Shown here: positions 48,019-58,702 of the stretch, piece after piece
How the letters are laid out: the number at the start of each line of letters is the position of its first letter
Numbering within the stretch: position 1 is the first letter of the stretch
DNA from: Bacteroidota bacterium
GTDB taxonomy: Bacteria > Bacteroidota > Bacteroidia > Chitinophagales > Chitinophagaceae
Assembly (NCBI GenBank): GCA_018267575.1
Contig: JAFDYF010000051.1
Coordinates: 110,068-174,067 of the forward strand
DNA length: 64,000 bases
Direction of reading: 5' to 3'
Position numbers and translations under genes: made by a program
Notes under the pieces: model-generated
Seen by the model: the letters and a program-made list of their open reading frames with translations, nothing else
What the model was told of the DNA's origin: nothing
Databases searched by the model: none

Positions 48019-49296
48019 TCAACTTTCCTTAGCTGGTCGGATAATCATCCGCAATGATTGGTCCTTGGTAAAATAGGCAATCATCCAGTTGAAAAGTGTT
48101 TTTATACGGTTTCGATAATCGATCAATGATATCAAGTGAACAAATACCCACATAAACCAAGCAATAAACCCCTTAAAATGTAATTTGGGTTTGGGGATGT
48201 CCGCAACCGCTTTGTTCCTGCCGATGATGGCCATGCTTCCTTTATCATCATAAACAAAGACTTTCCATTCTTTTTCATCTGTGGATCTTGCAAAATTGGC
48301 TGCCAGGTTCTTACCTTGTTGTATGGCAACCTGCGCCACTTGTGGGTGACCGTTAGGGAAGCCCTTATAGGTAGTTTGCAGGCAAGTATCGCCGATGGCA
48401 TAAATATTTTTTGTTCCCTGAATTTTGTTATAGGCATCCACAATCAATCGCTTACCCCTACCATAGCATTCTACTGCAAGTCCCTCGAAGGTTTGGGAAG
48501 TAACACCCGCTGCCCATATCAAGGTTTTGGTTTCGATGGTTTCTCCTGTATCGAAATACACCATATCATTATTATAATCTTTGACGTGTGTGTGTAGTTT
48601 GATGATAACCCCCATTTCTTCCAATGCTTTATAGGTATCGGTTTGTGATTGCGGGCTCATCGGGGCCAATAATGCAGCGCCAGCATCTACCAAATAGATA
48701 CTGCTTTCGACACCTGCCGTGGCCAGCTCGGGATAATCTTTGAGCAAGGTATTCCTTTTCATTTCAGCTAATAGGCCAGATACCTCAACCCCGGTCGGTC
48801 CGCCACCTGCAACCACCATGTTCAGCAATTTTTTTCTTTCATTGGCATCTGGGGTAACCGTGGCTTGCTCCAGCCTTTGCAGATACCGATTGCGCATGTT
48901 TAGTGCATCGTTCACGTTTTTCATGGGTATGGCATTCTTTTTTACGTTTTCAAGCCCAAAAAAATTGGTTTCAGTTCCCGTTGCAAAAACCAAATAGTCA
49001 TAGGACAGTTCGCAAGTGGAAAAAAAAACTTTTTGTTCGTCCTGCACCAGTTTTTGAAACTCGCCCATTCGGAAACTGATATTTTTTTTGTTCTGGAAAA
49101 GCTTACGAAATGGGTAGCAAATATTGGATGCTTCTAAGAAACCCGTGGCTACCTGATAAAGTAATGGGGGAAAAAAATTATAATTATTCCGATCCACCAA
49201 GGTAATATGAAAGGCCTTATTATTTGACAAGCGAAGCGCCAGATGTACCCCTGCAAAGCCACCACCGATTATCACTATTTCTTTTTGAATCATCAT
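48019..49296 (-). CDS. type II NADH dehydrogenase (NDH-2) / FAD-dependent pyridine nucleotide-disulfide oxidoreductase
   Basis: Two dinucleotide-binding motifs, IVIIGGGFAGV and VVAGGGPTGVE, plus YAIGD and a C-terminal membrane-anchoring helix region. Confidence 0.85.
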   Translation of the reverse strand: MMIQKEIVIIGGGFAGVHLALRLSNNKAFHITLVDRNNYNFFPPLLYQVATGFLEASNICYPFRKLFQNKKNISFRMGEFQKLVQDEQKVFFSTCELSYDYLVFATGTETNFFGLENVKKNAIPMKNVNDALNMRNRYLQRLEQATVTPDANERKKLLNMVVAGGGPTGVEVSGLLAEMKRNTLLKDYPELATAGVESSIYLVDAGAALLAPMSPQSQTDTYKALEEMGVIIKLHTHVKDYNNDMVYFDTGETIETKTLIWAAGVTSQTFEGLAVECYGRGKRLIVDAYNKIQGTKNIYAIGDTCLQTTYKGFPNGHPQVAQVAIQQGKNLAANFARSTDEKEWKVFVYDDKGSMAIIGRNKAVADIPKPKLHFKGFIAWFMWVFVHLISLIDYRNRIKTLFNWMIAYFTKDQSLRMIIRPAKES

Positions 49297-49518
49297 GAAT
49301 GATTTGATCTGTAAAATTAATCAAACCTCCTTCATAAAAATGGGCATCGAGCTTTCAGGGTGTGGATTCTGGATCCCCTTCTATTTTCCACTGGTAAGGG
49401 TTTATTATTTTTGTTCAAATAATTGATCCAATAATATGTAATATTGCGGTAATCTGTTTCTCCTTATTCTTGCTTCATCTGAAATCCCGATCGAATCCCA
49501 TACCCCAAATGTTGTGTT

Positions 49519-49962
49519 ATGATTCTGTTAAACGAACTGAGAATCGGGAATTTTATAAAAGGCCCTCTAACCCCTAATGGGGTGTTTTATCCAGAGTTTT
49601 CTCCGGTTAAACCAATTGAACTGCAATTGCGGCTTGAACATTTTGTTTGGTTCAAAGCCAATCCTGATTTATACAAACAGATCGACCCCATTCCATTGAG
49701 CGAAGAATGGATGCAGAAATTTTCAACGGCCAAGGGGCACGATTTGAAATGGGACCTGCATCAATATATCATGGTATTGAAAAGATATGAACGGTTCTTT
49801 CTGTACTACGGAAACAAAGGCTATATGTTCGAAGTGAAATTTGTTCACCAATTGCAGAATGTATGTTTTGCTTTGACTAGGGAAGAATTAGTATTACTAA
49901 AGGAGTGGGCCGATAATAACCGCAACCCTATTCCAAATCTCACTAAAGCATCACAGCCTTGA
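49519..49962 (+). CDS. conserved hypothetical protein (147 aa)
   Basis: LNELRIGNFI...IPLSEEWMQKFS...VHQLQNVCFALTREEL resembles an uncharacterised family I recall as recurrent in Bacteroidota. Its 3' end overlaps the convergent GLPGLI gene by 20 bp. Confidence 0.5.
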   Translation: MILLNELRIGNFIKGPLTPNGVFYPEFSPVKPIELQLRLEHFVWFKANPDLYKQIDPIPLSEEWMQKFSTAKGHDLKWDLHQYIMVLKRYERFFLYYGNKGYMFEVKFVHQLQNVCFALTREELVLLKEWADNNRNPIPNLTKASQP

Positions 49963-50689
49963 TATATCGGTTGGCCCATTTGCCCCAATCCTTCATGGCA
50001 TCTTTTAGTTTTGCAAGCATTTCCTTATTTGTCGCTTTTATTCCCTTTTTAGGTGGTATCATTGAATTTACTGGCACATCATCGGTAAATACCTTGGTGG
50101 CAAACCAGGTGATATGCTCGTGCGGTATGGCAATGCCTAATATCATGCCCGGCAATCCCATAAACGATTCTGGTCCACCCGATACAGGAATCTCGTCGGT
50201 ATAAAAACCCACGATGTAAACGGAATCCATGATCAGTCCATTCGCACGACGACAATTGAACCCTGCGATATTCCGTGTTTCATCGGTAATCTTCCATATA
50301 ATTTTTCGGGTACTATCGTTCACCAGAAAATAATCCCCGAAGATTCCCTTTTGGCTAATAGCGTGATATTTTCCCAAGTCTGTAAAAACAATATTATCAT
50401 CAGCCGGCTGACGCCAAATTTTATTATTGTCTGGGTTTTCCCTTCCGGGTTTGTACAAGGTTTTATCGTTGTTGAACTCAAGGTCAAAATAGCTGGTCAT
50501 AAATTTCGGCATGGTCTTTTTTGCCAAATCCCTCCATGCTTCATCGGCATCATCATCGATCTGTGCGTACAGATTTATTCTTCTTTCAAATTCAATCCTT
50601 CCCTGGGAAAGGAATATCGTGTTTTGCGCTTTTGGTTTTAAGGTAAAGATGAAAACCAACAAAAACAGGAGCAGCATGCTTTTTTTCAT
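49943..50689 (-). CDS. GLPGLI-family protein
   Basis: Signal peptide and the family-defining GLPGMILG motif. It lies directly downstream of a CarboxypepD_reg outer-membrane barrel gene, which is the usual pairing. Confidence 0.8.
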   Translation of the reverse strand: MKKSMLLLFLLVFIFTLKPKAQNTIFLSQGRIEFERRINLYAQIDDDADEAWRDLAKKTMPKFMTSYFDLEFNNDKTLYKPGRENPDNNKIWRQPADDNIVFTDLGKYHAISQKGIFGDYFLVNDSTRKIIWKITDETRNIAGFNCRRANGLIMDSVYIVGFYTDEIPVSGGPESFMGLPGMILGIAIPHEHITWFATKVFTDDVPVNSMIPPKKGIKATNKEMLAKLKDAMKDWGKWANRYIKAVML

Positions 50690-50708
50690 AACAAAATATT
50701 GAATAGGT

Positions 50709-53501
50709 TTATTGATCTTGCCCGGGCATCTTGGTGCCTGCCTTGGTGAAATTCCACGATACGGAGAGCATGAAATATCTCCTGATGGTGCTATAAGTAT
50801 TTTGTGATATAAAATTACTGCTCACCGATCGGTTAAAGCCCGTATTTTGGTCCAATAGATCATTGCCAGACACTTTGATGAGTAGGGCATCGTTCTTAAG
50901 GAACTTCTTTCCAGCCCATGCATTCCAAATCACCACATTATTATTGCTGGTAAAAACGGGTGTTTTCTGCCGCAGGCTGATATTCCATTCCGAATGAAGC
51001 TGGAATTTCAAAGGAAAGTAAATATCGAAATTGGGTCCAAAGCTATAAGTCCAGTATTGCGTCTTGATACTTTGCTGGATGGAAGAACGGCTATCTGTAT
51101 ACGTAGCGGAACCGGAAAGATTGACCTCATATTTTTTCTCTTTTGATTTGCCTATGTCCATTCCAAATGTATAATTGTTACTGTTCGTGCTGTTCTGGAT
51201 ATTGTTCACGATGCTCTGGTTGCGGAAAGCATTATAGGAGCCATTAAAGTTCAACCGCGTATCAATCTTTTTGATCTTGAAGCCGTATCCCGCATAAGAG
51301 TAAAAAGATTGGTTACCATTCAGGTTCACAAACTGGTTCACTCTTTTACCGAAAGAATCGACCACGGAACTGGGGCTGATATTGTTTTGGGTGAAGTTAT
51401 AGCTTGCATTGATCCAGATTGATCTTTCCCTCAGCATTTTCCAGTCACTAAAATACATCGAAAAATTATTGTTGAACGCAGGCTTCAGGTTTGGGTTGCC
51501 AATTTCGATATTCAGTGGATCGGTATTTACTTGCAATGGCTGTATTTGCTGTATGGTTGGCTGTTGGGTATAACCATTGTACCGTAATGAAAGGTTTCGG
51601 GTTTGTGAAAACTGATACCGTATGGATGCCTGCGGATACCAGTTCACGAAATTACGGGTAGCCGTGGAATCGGTTTTCTCGTTTTTTTGTACAAAATTGG
51701 TAAAGCCTACATTGCTACCGAAATTGAGTTTTAGTTTTTTCTGGAACAGGCTATAGCTTAATCCTGTCCGATGCGTTAAAATGTTGAAGCCATAATCATT
51801 GCTGTAAATATTGTCCAGCAGAGTATATTTCCCCGCATTGTCCTTATTGAACGAATTGATAGCAGAGTTGCTATTGTTCACCACAATGCCATAGTTGGCA
51901 ATCAGCGAGGAAATTTTGTTGAGTGGCTCTGTATAGGTCAATTTGGTATCGATGAGGGTATTGGTATTATTATTGGTTTTGTATTGATCGGTCAATTGTG
52001 TTTGAGAAAATAGCCCCTTACTATAAAAGCTATTATTCGAATATAGATAGCCAGTGGAGGCATTGTCGATATAGTTTTCTCTAATGTTAATTGAAATGGT
52101 TCTTCCTTTTTTCTGTAATTTCTTTTTCCAGAGCAGGTTGCTATTCAATGTTTTTTTATCACCAACCGTGGAATTGTTGATGTTCCCATCATTTACCCGT
52201 ACACTATCGCTTGCCAAAGCTTCCGAATAGCTGATGGTATTGGTGGTTTTATGATCGATGCCACCATCCAAATTTAATTTAATGGAGGAACTGGAATCGA
52301 TCTGATACTCATAACTGCCATTCAACCTATTCCTTTGTATCTGATTGGTAAAATTTTGTCTCGAATTGTTATAATAGAAAGTATCGGGTAGGATATTTTG
52401 GGAATTGGTATTGCTACCACCGGTCACATTCAGTTGCATGAATTTATAATTGCCGTTGATATTATTTTTATCATCGCCCCATTTGTTGTTGTAATGAAGA
52501 CCTCCGGTTTGCACTAGCGGGTAGCCCTGACCGTTATAACGTCCATCCCAGGAGTCCAACTCATCATTGCCCCCGGTAATAAAAAAGTATCCATTATTTT
52601 CATCGTATTCTGCATTGCTCAAAAAGCTTTCCCCATAATTGTTCCGGTCTTGCCAGTTAAGGCCCGATGTGCCTGTGTTGGAAACAATGCCATACAATGC
52701 GAATTTTCTTTTGTTCTTGAAATCATTAAACATGAGTTGGCTGTCGTGATAGCCATCAGTGCCCACCCCAGCTTGGGCTTTGCCAAAATACCCGTTCTTT
52801 TTACCATCTTTTAATTTAAGGTTGATGGTCTTTTCTTTTTGGCCATCATCAATGCCAGTAAAGGCAGCCTGATCACTTTTTTTATCATAAACCTGAACCT
52901 TGTCGATCATATCGGCCCGAAGGTTTTTGGTCACTAAGGTTGGGTCATCTCCAAAAAATTCTTCCCCATCCACCAATACCTTCTGCACGGTCTCACCTTG
53001 AGCAGTGATTTTACCATTTTTATCAATCTGTATGCCGGGCAGTTTTTTCAACAGGTCTTCCACAGTTGCATTGGGCTGCACTTTAAAACTATCGGCTGTA
53101 AACTCAGTGGTATCGCCTTTGATCTTGATGGAGCTGATCTGTTGCCTTACGATTACTTCTTTCAGCAACTGGGCCTTTAATATCATATTGATATTTCCCA
53201 TTTTTTTCTCGGTGCTATCCTGTAAGGTTAATAATTCTGTGTAATCGGCATATTTTGGTAAGGTTACCAATAAGATAAAATTTCCTGCAGGTAGGTTTTT
53301 CAATGCAAAATTACCTTCCTTGTCTGTTCGGGTAAATTTGACTAGTACCGAATCGGCTGACCTGAGTAAAATAACAGAACTGTTGGGAAGTGATTTTTTT
53401 TCGGCCGTATCCAATATTTTACCGTTGATACTTGCAGATTGTGCAAAGGAAAAGTTGAAAATGAAAAAAAGCGGCAATAGGCTTGCAGTAAATTTTCTCA
53501 T
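50709..53501 (-). CDS. outer-membrane beta-barrel family protein (TonB-dependent receptor-like) with CarboxypepD_reg domain
   Basis: Signal peptide. SINGKILDTAEKKSLPNSSVILL carboxypeptidase-regulatory-like segment. Plug-like DLLKKLPGIQID. A long Asn/Ser/Tyr-rich barrel region. Confidence 0.8.
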   Translation of the reverse strand: MRKFTASLLPLFFIFNFSFAQSASINGKILDTAEKKSLPNSSVILLRSADSVLVKFTRTDKEGNFALKNLPAGNFILLVTLPKYADYTELLTLQDSTEKKMGNINMILKAQLLKEVIVRQQISSIKIKGDTTEFTADSFKVQPNATVEDLLKKLPGIQIDKNGKITAQGETVQKVLVDGEEFFGDDPTLVTKNLRADMIDKVQVYDKKSDQAAFTGIDDGQKEKTINLKLKDGKKNGYFGKAQAGVGTDGYHDSQLMFNDFKNKRKFALYGIVSNTGTSGLNWQDRNNYGESFLSNAEYDENNGYFFITGGNDELDSWDGRYNGQGYPLVQTGGLHYNNKWGDDKNNINGNYKFMQLNVTGGSNTNSQNILPDTFYYNNSRQNFTNQIQRNRLNGSYEYQIDSSSSIKLNLDGGIDHKTTNTISYSEALASDSVRVNDGNINNSTVGDKKTLNSNLLWKKKLQKKGRTISINIRENYIDNASTGYLYSNNSFYSKGLFSQTQLTDQYKTNNNTNTLIDTKLTYTEPLNKISSLIANYGIVVNNSNSAINSFNKDNAGKYTLLDNIYSNDYGFNILTHRTGLSYSLFQKKLKLNFGSNVGFTNFVQKNEKTDSTATRNFVNWYPQASIRYQFSQTRNLSLRYNGYTQQPTIQQIQPLQVNTDPLNIEIGNPNLKPAFNNNFSMYFSDWKMLRERSIWINASYNFTQNNISPSSVVDSFGKRVNQFVNLNGNQSFYSYAGYGFKIKKIDTRLNFNGSYNAFRNQSIVNNIQNSTNSNNYTFGMDIGKSKEKKYEVNLSGSATYTDSRSSIQQSIKTQYWTYSFGPNFDIYFPLKFQLHSEWNISLRQKTPVFTSNNNVVIWNAWAGKKFLKNDALLIKVSGNDLLDQNTGFNRSVSSNFISQNTYSTIRRYFMLSVSWNFTKAGTKMPGQDQ

Positions 53502-53646
53502 CTGTTATAAGAGTTAAGGTAATGGTAATAGGTATCTGATGGCAGCCTGTCTATTTTCAAATTTCATTTAAAATTAATTGGGATGCACTTTCTAAACCTT
53601 AATTTTACGTTAAACCATGATGGCTATATAAGCTTAAACCGATTTT

Positions 53647-55692
53647 ATGCAAGAAGAAAAAAAGAAAACTTCGAGAAAGGAAAAAGAAAAAAAGGAAAAT
53701 CCCATCAAGAAAGTCAAACCATCTACAAAATCAAAAAAAATGGATAATCAAATAAAGCCATATGAAGAATTGCATTTTGTGGATTCAACCAAACCGGTCT
53801 GGAACTATTCATTGTTCACGGAAGAGGATATCCGTAATTTTCAACAAGGCACACACTACCAATTGTATCAGTTTTTTGGGGCACATCAAAGAGAAGTGTT
53901 GGGGGTACATGGTTATTATTTTTCGGTATGGGCGCCCAATGCCACTTATGTTTCGGTGAAAGGAAATTTTAATGATTGGAACAACGATTCCCATCCTTTG
54001 TTTGTGCGTTTGGACAAATCGGGTATTTGGGAAGGCTTTATACCCCATCTGGCCAAGGGGGAAATTTATAAATATCATATCCATGGTTTTGAAGGTGCCA
54101 TTTTAGATAAAGGTGACCCCTATGCTAATTTTTGGGAGAAGCGGCCACTGACGGCCTCGATCACATGGGATCTTTCTTATGACTGGAAAGATGGGGAATG
54201 GATGAAGAAAAGAAAAAAGCATAATTCCTTGGAGTCGCCCTGGAGCGTATACGAAGTGCATTTGGCCAGTTGGATGCGGCCAGATAAATATGATGAGGAG
54301 TCTTATAATAGTTATGATTTCTTCCGTGAGCATTTGGTGGCTTATGTAAAAGAAATGGGATTTACGCATGTGGAACTCATGCCCATCATGGAGCATCCCT
54401 TTGATGGGAGTTGGGGTTATCAAGGCACTGGTTTTTTTGCACCTACTTCCCGCTATGGTAACCCACAGGAGTATATGCAATTGGTGGAGGCTTTTCACCA
54501 AGCGGGTATTGGTGTGATCCTGGATTGGGTGCCTTCGCATTATCCTTATGATGCACATGGTCTATTTATGTTCGATGGAACCAACACCTATGAGTATGCG
54601 GATATGCGCAAAGGCTTTCATCCCGACTGGAACAGTTATATATTCAATTATAAACGGGGAGAGGTAAAATCCTTCCTCATAAGTAGTGCGAGGTTCTGGA
54701 TGGATAAATTCCATACCGATGGCATACGGGTGGACGCTGTAAGCAGTATGCTTAAACTGAATTATTCCCGAACCAAGGGGCAATGGGAACCGAATGAGTT
54801 TGGTGGTGATGGCAACCTGGAGGCAATTGCGTTTATCAAGGACCTGAACGAAACCTTGTACCGGGATTTCCCCGATATCCAGACCATTGCCGAAGAAGCC
54901 ACTGATTGGCCCGGCGTGAGCAAACCTACTTTTGCAGGCGGACTAGGGTTTGGCATGAAATGGATGATGGGTTGGATGCACGATACCCTTGACTATTTCA
55001 AGCTGGACCCCATCCATCGCCAACATCATCAGGATAAATTTAGTTTTAGCATGATGTATTTCTATGACGAGAATTTCATGCTACCCCTGAGCCATGATGA
55101 AGTGGTGCATGGGAAATCACCCATGCTGTATAAGATGCCGGGGGATGAGTGGAGGAAATTTGCCAATCTTCGCCTTTTATACTCTTATATGTTTACCCAC
55201 CCGGGGGGCAAATTGTTATTTATGGGCGATGAGTTTGGGGCAACCGATGAATGGAATTATAAAAAAGAACTGCAATGGGAACTGTTCCAGTACGATGGCC
55301 ACCGTTTGCTGAAGGACTGTGTCCGCGACCTGAACCTGTTATTAAGAAGCGAGCCAGCACTTTATGAAAACCAGTTCAATATTTATGGTTTTGAATGGGT
55401 TGACCTGAACCATCGGGCTGAAAGCGTGATTGTGTACAGACGCAAGGGCAAAAAGGCCAAAGAAGACGTGCTTATTGTACTGAATATGACACCAGAAGTG
55501 AGAAGGGACTGGAAGATATACAGTTATGGCAAATCTGCGTGGAAGGAAATCTTTAATAGTGATGATAAAAAATATTGGGGATCGGGCAATATTTCCAATC
55601 CTGAAATACCTACCAATTTGGTGGATAAAAAGGAAAAAATTTATGAAATAAACCTTCAACTTCCACCGTTAGGAGCATTGGTATTGAAGTGA
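53647..55692 (+). CDS. glgB: 1,4-alpha-glucan branching enzyme
   Basis: GH13 regions GFTHVELMPIMEHP, ILDWVPSH, DGIRVDAVSSML, IAEEATDWPG and LPLSHDEVVHGK. The first 31 codons are Lys/Glu-rich, and an alternative ATG lies at 53740. Confidence 0.9.
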   Translation: MQEEKKKTSRKEKEKKENPIKKVKPSTKSKKMDNQIKPYEELHFVDSTKPVWNYSLFTEEDIRNFQQGTHYQLYQFFGAHQREVLGVHGYYFSVWAPNATYVSVKGNFNDWNNDSHPLFVRLDKSGIWEGFIPHLAKGEIYKYHIHGFEGAILDKGDPYANFWEKRPLTASITWDLSYDWKDGEWMKKRKKHNSLESPWSVYEVHLASWMRPDKYDEESYNSYDFFREHLVAYVKEMGFTHVELMPIMEHPFDGSWGYQGTGFFAPTSRYGNPQEYMQLVEAFHQAGIGVILDWVPSHYPYDAHGLFMFDGTNTYEYADMRKGFHPDWNSYIFNYKRGEVKSFLISSARFWMDKFHTDGIRVDAVSSMLKLNYSRTKGQWEPNEFGGDGNLEAIAFIKDLNETLYRDFPDIQTIAEEATDWPGVSKPTFAGGLGFGMKWMMGWMHDTLDYFKLDPIHRQHHQDKFSFSMMYFYDENFMLPLSHDEVVHGKSPMLYKMPGDEWRKFANLRLLYSYMFTHPGGKLLFMGDEFGATDEWNYKKELQWELFQYDGHRLLKDCVRDLNLLLRSEPALYENQFNIYGFEWVDLNHRAESVIVYRRKGKKAKEDVLIVLNMTPEVRRDWKIYSYGKSAWKEIFNSDDKKYWGSGNISNPEIPTNLVDKKEKIYEINLQLPPLGALVLK

Positions 55693-55770
55693 TGAAATTT
55701 TGATACTGCTATCATAAAAAGTTTTGATGCCTATTTTGGCAAGTTTTAAATAATCCAACTCCCAATCATA

Positions 55771-56796
55771 ATGAAAAACTTCATTCCTTTTTTGTTATTG
55801 CTGATTATGCAGACTGCCTTTGCGCAACAAAATGACAGCTCCGTTGCCTATTATCAAAAAGCGGTGCAGGAAAAAGTAGCAAGGCGCTATATGGTTTCTT
55901 TCAATGATCTTCAAAAATCGGTACAATACGATTCCAGCAATATCAATGCACAAAGGGAGTTGGGTCTGGTGTCCATCGAACTTAGAAAATATGGCAATGC
56001 CGATATCGCTTTTCACAAAGTATTGGCGATACAACAAGATGATACCACTGCCATTGTAAATTTGGCTAATCTTTCGTTTTGGACGCACCAATGGAAGCCA
56101 GCCATTCAATACGCACAAAAAGCGCAGCAATTAAAAGCGGGCAGCGGTTGGAACTATGTGATTGGTAAATGTTATTATCAGTTAGAGGACTATGGGCAAT
56201 CATTTAAATACCTTCAGGCCGCATCCAAGGAAAATGCCAGCAATGCGGAAATCCCATACCTGATCGCAAGGTCTTTTGTGGATATGAACAATTATAAAGC
56301 GGCCGTGCCTTTTTTCCAGAATGCGATCGCTCTTGATTCCTCTAAAAGCCAATGGATGTATGAATTTGCCTTGGTGTTGGCTTCAATCCCCAATGATAAA
56401 ATGGCCATCGATTACTATCTGTTGGCTGCGGACAAAGGCTATAAGACCGACAATGATTATTATGAAAATCTGGCCGACTCCTATAATGCCATTGGGCAAG
56501 GACAAAAAGCGATTGACATCATGTTGAAAGTGTTGGATAAAAAGCCGGCTGATCTGGTTTTATTGTATAGTGTGGCCGATGCTTATTTCCGTTTGAAAAA
56601 ATATCAGGAAGCCATCGATTATTGGGATAAGATATTATACTTCGATAAGGAAAATGCCAAAGCGCTTTATATGATTGGCCTCTCTTACCAGAAAAAGGGG
56701 GATAATGATAAGGGCCGTACTCTTTGCGATCGGGCCATTGCTATGGACCCTTCCTTAAAAAACTTAAAACAGGAGCGGGGTAATATGGGCTTATAA
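55771..56796 (+). CDS. tetratricopeptide-repeat protein, secreted or periplasmic
   Basis: Signal peptide MKNFIPFLLLLIMQTAFAQ. Multiple TPR-like 34-aa units (AxxYYxxA, ALxxDP patterns). Confidence 0.75.
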   Translation: MKNFIPFLLLLIMQTAFAQQNDSSVAYYQKAVQEKVARRYMVSFNDLQKSVQYDSSNINAQRELGLVSIELRKYGNADIAFHKVLAIQQDDTTAIVNLANLSFWTHQWKPAIQYAQKAQQLKAGSGWNYVIGKCYYQLEDYGQSFKYLQAASKENASNAEIPYLIARSFVDMNNYKAAVPFFQNAIALDSSKSQWMYEFALVLASIPNDKMAIDYYLLAADKGYKTDNDYYENLADSYNAIGQGQKAIDIMLKVLDKKPADLVLLYSVADAYFRLKKYQEAIDYWDKILYFDKENAKALYMIGLSYQKKGDNDKGRTLCDRAIAMDPSLKNLKQERGNMGL

Positions 56797-56833
56797 GGGT
56801 TTTGAATTTATCAAGTATCCATTAAAATATTGT

Positions 56834-56871
56834 AAACAATGATGGCAGGATGATTTCTGTCATCTTTGTTT
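56834..56871. terminator. possible bidirectional terminator (imperfect hairpin)
   Basis: aaacaatgatggcag ... ctgtcatctttgttt is an imperfect inverted repeat with two mismatches, between convergent genes. Confidence 0.4.
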
Positions 56872-56892
56872 TATAGACAACCAGTTTTAAAT

Positions 56893-58695
56893 TTAGATAT
56901 AGATAATCCTTAGCCTTCTCTGTAGTTCTTCCGCTTGTCTAAGCCAGTTCTGTTGCTTTTCAATGATGGCCTGTTGTAGTTTTAGCTGTTGCTGCAAAAT
57001 CTGCTGTTGGAGTTGTTTGGCTTTCAGGTAATCTTTATACTTGATGTTTTCCAAGGTCTGTAATTGAATCTGTAGGTCGTTCCTCAATCTTTTTTCATTG
57101 GCTTCGTTTACCGCATTATCCACTTGATTGTTGATACTGCCCCAATCCAATAGTTTCAAGCTTTTCTGGATTTCATGCTGAAGTTTCGTGATGTTGATTT
57201 GTTTGTCTTTGATTTCTTTTTCTATTTTTTCCCAGTCAATCGACTGGATGGCCATCATTGCTTTTTCCATCGAAAGTTGGGCTTCATTGCCTAAATCTCC
57301 GGTTTGTGATAGCAAGGGCTTGGGCAAACTGGTGTCTTCTATTTCTACATAATTAAAGCTTTCAGTCGGCACATAAGGAAATCTGCTCAAGCTGACTGAA
57401 ATAGGAGGTAATGGCTCTATCGCAGGGGGCATGGTATAGGCTTCGGTGCTTGTTGTCATGGCCGTGTTTACCATATACTGATTTGCATCGTTATATTCAG
57501 GATGGTTATTGGTAAGTGTCAATTCATTTTCGTATGAGTTTTGTTTGTCGTTATCCAAAAGGTTGGCGCGGGTCTTGGTCTTCTTGATAATGGTTTTTCT
57601 TTTTATTGGGCTTTCTTTCGGTTCGCTTATCAAAATAAGTTCCCGTTTCTGGCTTGGTTTTACGGATGCTGATTCTGCGATTTGAAGATGAAGTAAGGGG
57701 CTGGTTTCGGGTATTTTCTTATGATCATGCATCAGGGAAATAAAGATGGCCATGATCGCCAATAACCCAAGGAATGGAAACCTACCCCAATCAGGACTGT
57801 ATTTTTTTTGTGTGTTGGTGATCCGGGAGATTCTAAGTAAGAGTAATTTCTTGTTTTTGCCAACAGCGGCCATTGCTAATTGTGCCCATCCTTTTCTTTG
57901 TTTTTCCAGGCTCAGCAATGCTGAAGCATAAAGACATGGATCGTACCGGAACTGTATCACGATATCATCACAGGCATGTTCACTTTCTTTTTTGATAGCC
58001 TGTGAAAGCATCCATGCAAATGGGTTGAAAAAGAAGATGGTTTCTAAGAATGCCACCAATAAGTTGATCAGATAATCATGCCGTTTAATATGGGCTAGTT
58101 CGTGCAATAGTACAGCATCCATCTGTGCAAGGTTTAAATGGTTGACGGTGGCCATCGGAATCAGGATAACCGGTTTTATAAAACCAATTACCATCGGGCT
58201 ATGGATGGCGGAAGAAAGCCAAACGGTCAGTTTTTGGTGGATGCCAATCCTTGAAATCATTTCCTGCACAAAAAGCTTTATTTCTGCACTTGGTTTTTGC
58301 AGCCCGCTCCTTCTGATGCGCTGTGATAAAATAAAATGATTGCCGTAACGGACCAGCAACAAACACAAAATGAGCAAATAGATGCCCGAGCCATAGGGTA
58401 TAGCATCATAGATCAATTGCCTTATCCCGATAGGTAGGTTCAATAAAGGACCAAAATTGTAAGTGGACCCATTTTCAAGCCCATTTAAAGCAGGATAAGC
58501 GGAAGCCAAGGTAAAGAAGAACCAGAGGGTACCCACAGCGAATAAGATCAGTGAAAGGAAATGCCGGGTAGCGGCTGCAAATTTTTTTTCGCCCCAGGTG
58601 ATCAATATATAGATGAGCCATAATAAGGCCATTTGCCATAAGCTGTCAATCAGTGCCCAGCCCAAATGTTGAAGCCAAGTTGGTTGATGGGGCAT
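56893..58695 (-). CDS. M56-family (BlaR1/MecR1-like) membrane metallopeptidase signal transducer with Gln-rich coiled-coil C-terminus
   Basis: Four N-terminal TM helices. Zinc motif LLHELAHIKRHDY. The C-terminal region has no penicillin-binding-like motifs and ends in QQQILQQQLKLQQAIIEKQQNWLRQAEELQRRL. Confidence 0.85.
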   Translation of the reverse strand: MPHQPTWLQHLGWALIDSLWQMALLWLIYILITWGEKKFAAATRHFLSLILFAVGTLWFFFTLASAYPALNGLENGSTYNFGPLLNLPIGIRQLIYDAIPYGSGIYLLILCLLLVRYGNHFILSQRIRRSGLQKPSAEIKLFVQEMISRIGIHQKLTVWLSSAIHSPMVIGFIKPVILIPMATVNHLNLAQMDAVLLHELAHIKRHDYLINLLVAFLETIFFFNPFAWMLSQAIKKESEHACDDIVIQFRYDPCLYASALLSLEKQRKGWAQLAMAAVGKNKKLLLLRISRITNTQKKYSPDWGRFPFLGLLAIMAIFISLMHDHKKIPETSPLLHLQIAESASVKPSQKRELILISEPKESPIKRKTIIKKTKTRANLLDNDKQNSYENELTLTNNHPEYNDANQYMVNTAMTTSTEAYTMPPAIEPLPPISVSLSRFPYVPTESFNYVEIEDTSLPKPLLSQTGDLGNEAQLSMEKAMMAIQSIDWEKIEKEIKDKQINITKLQHEIQKSLKLLDWGSINNQVDNAVNEANEKRLRNDLQIQLQTLENIKYKDYLKAKQLQQQILQQQLKLQQAIIEKQQNWLRQAEELQRRLRIIYI

Positions 58696-58702
58696 ATGCT
58701 AC

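Noticed and set aside
54103-54558. 151-aa minus-strand ORF
   Set aside because: It is antisense to glgB and has no independent support.
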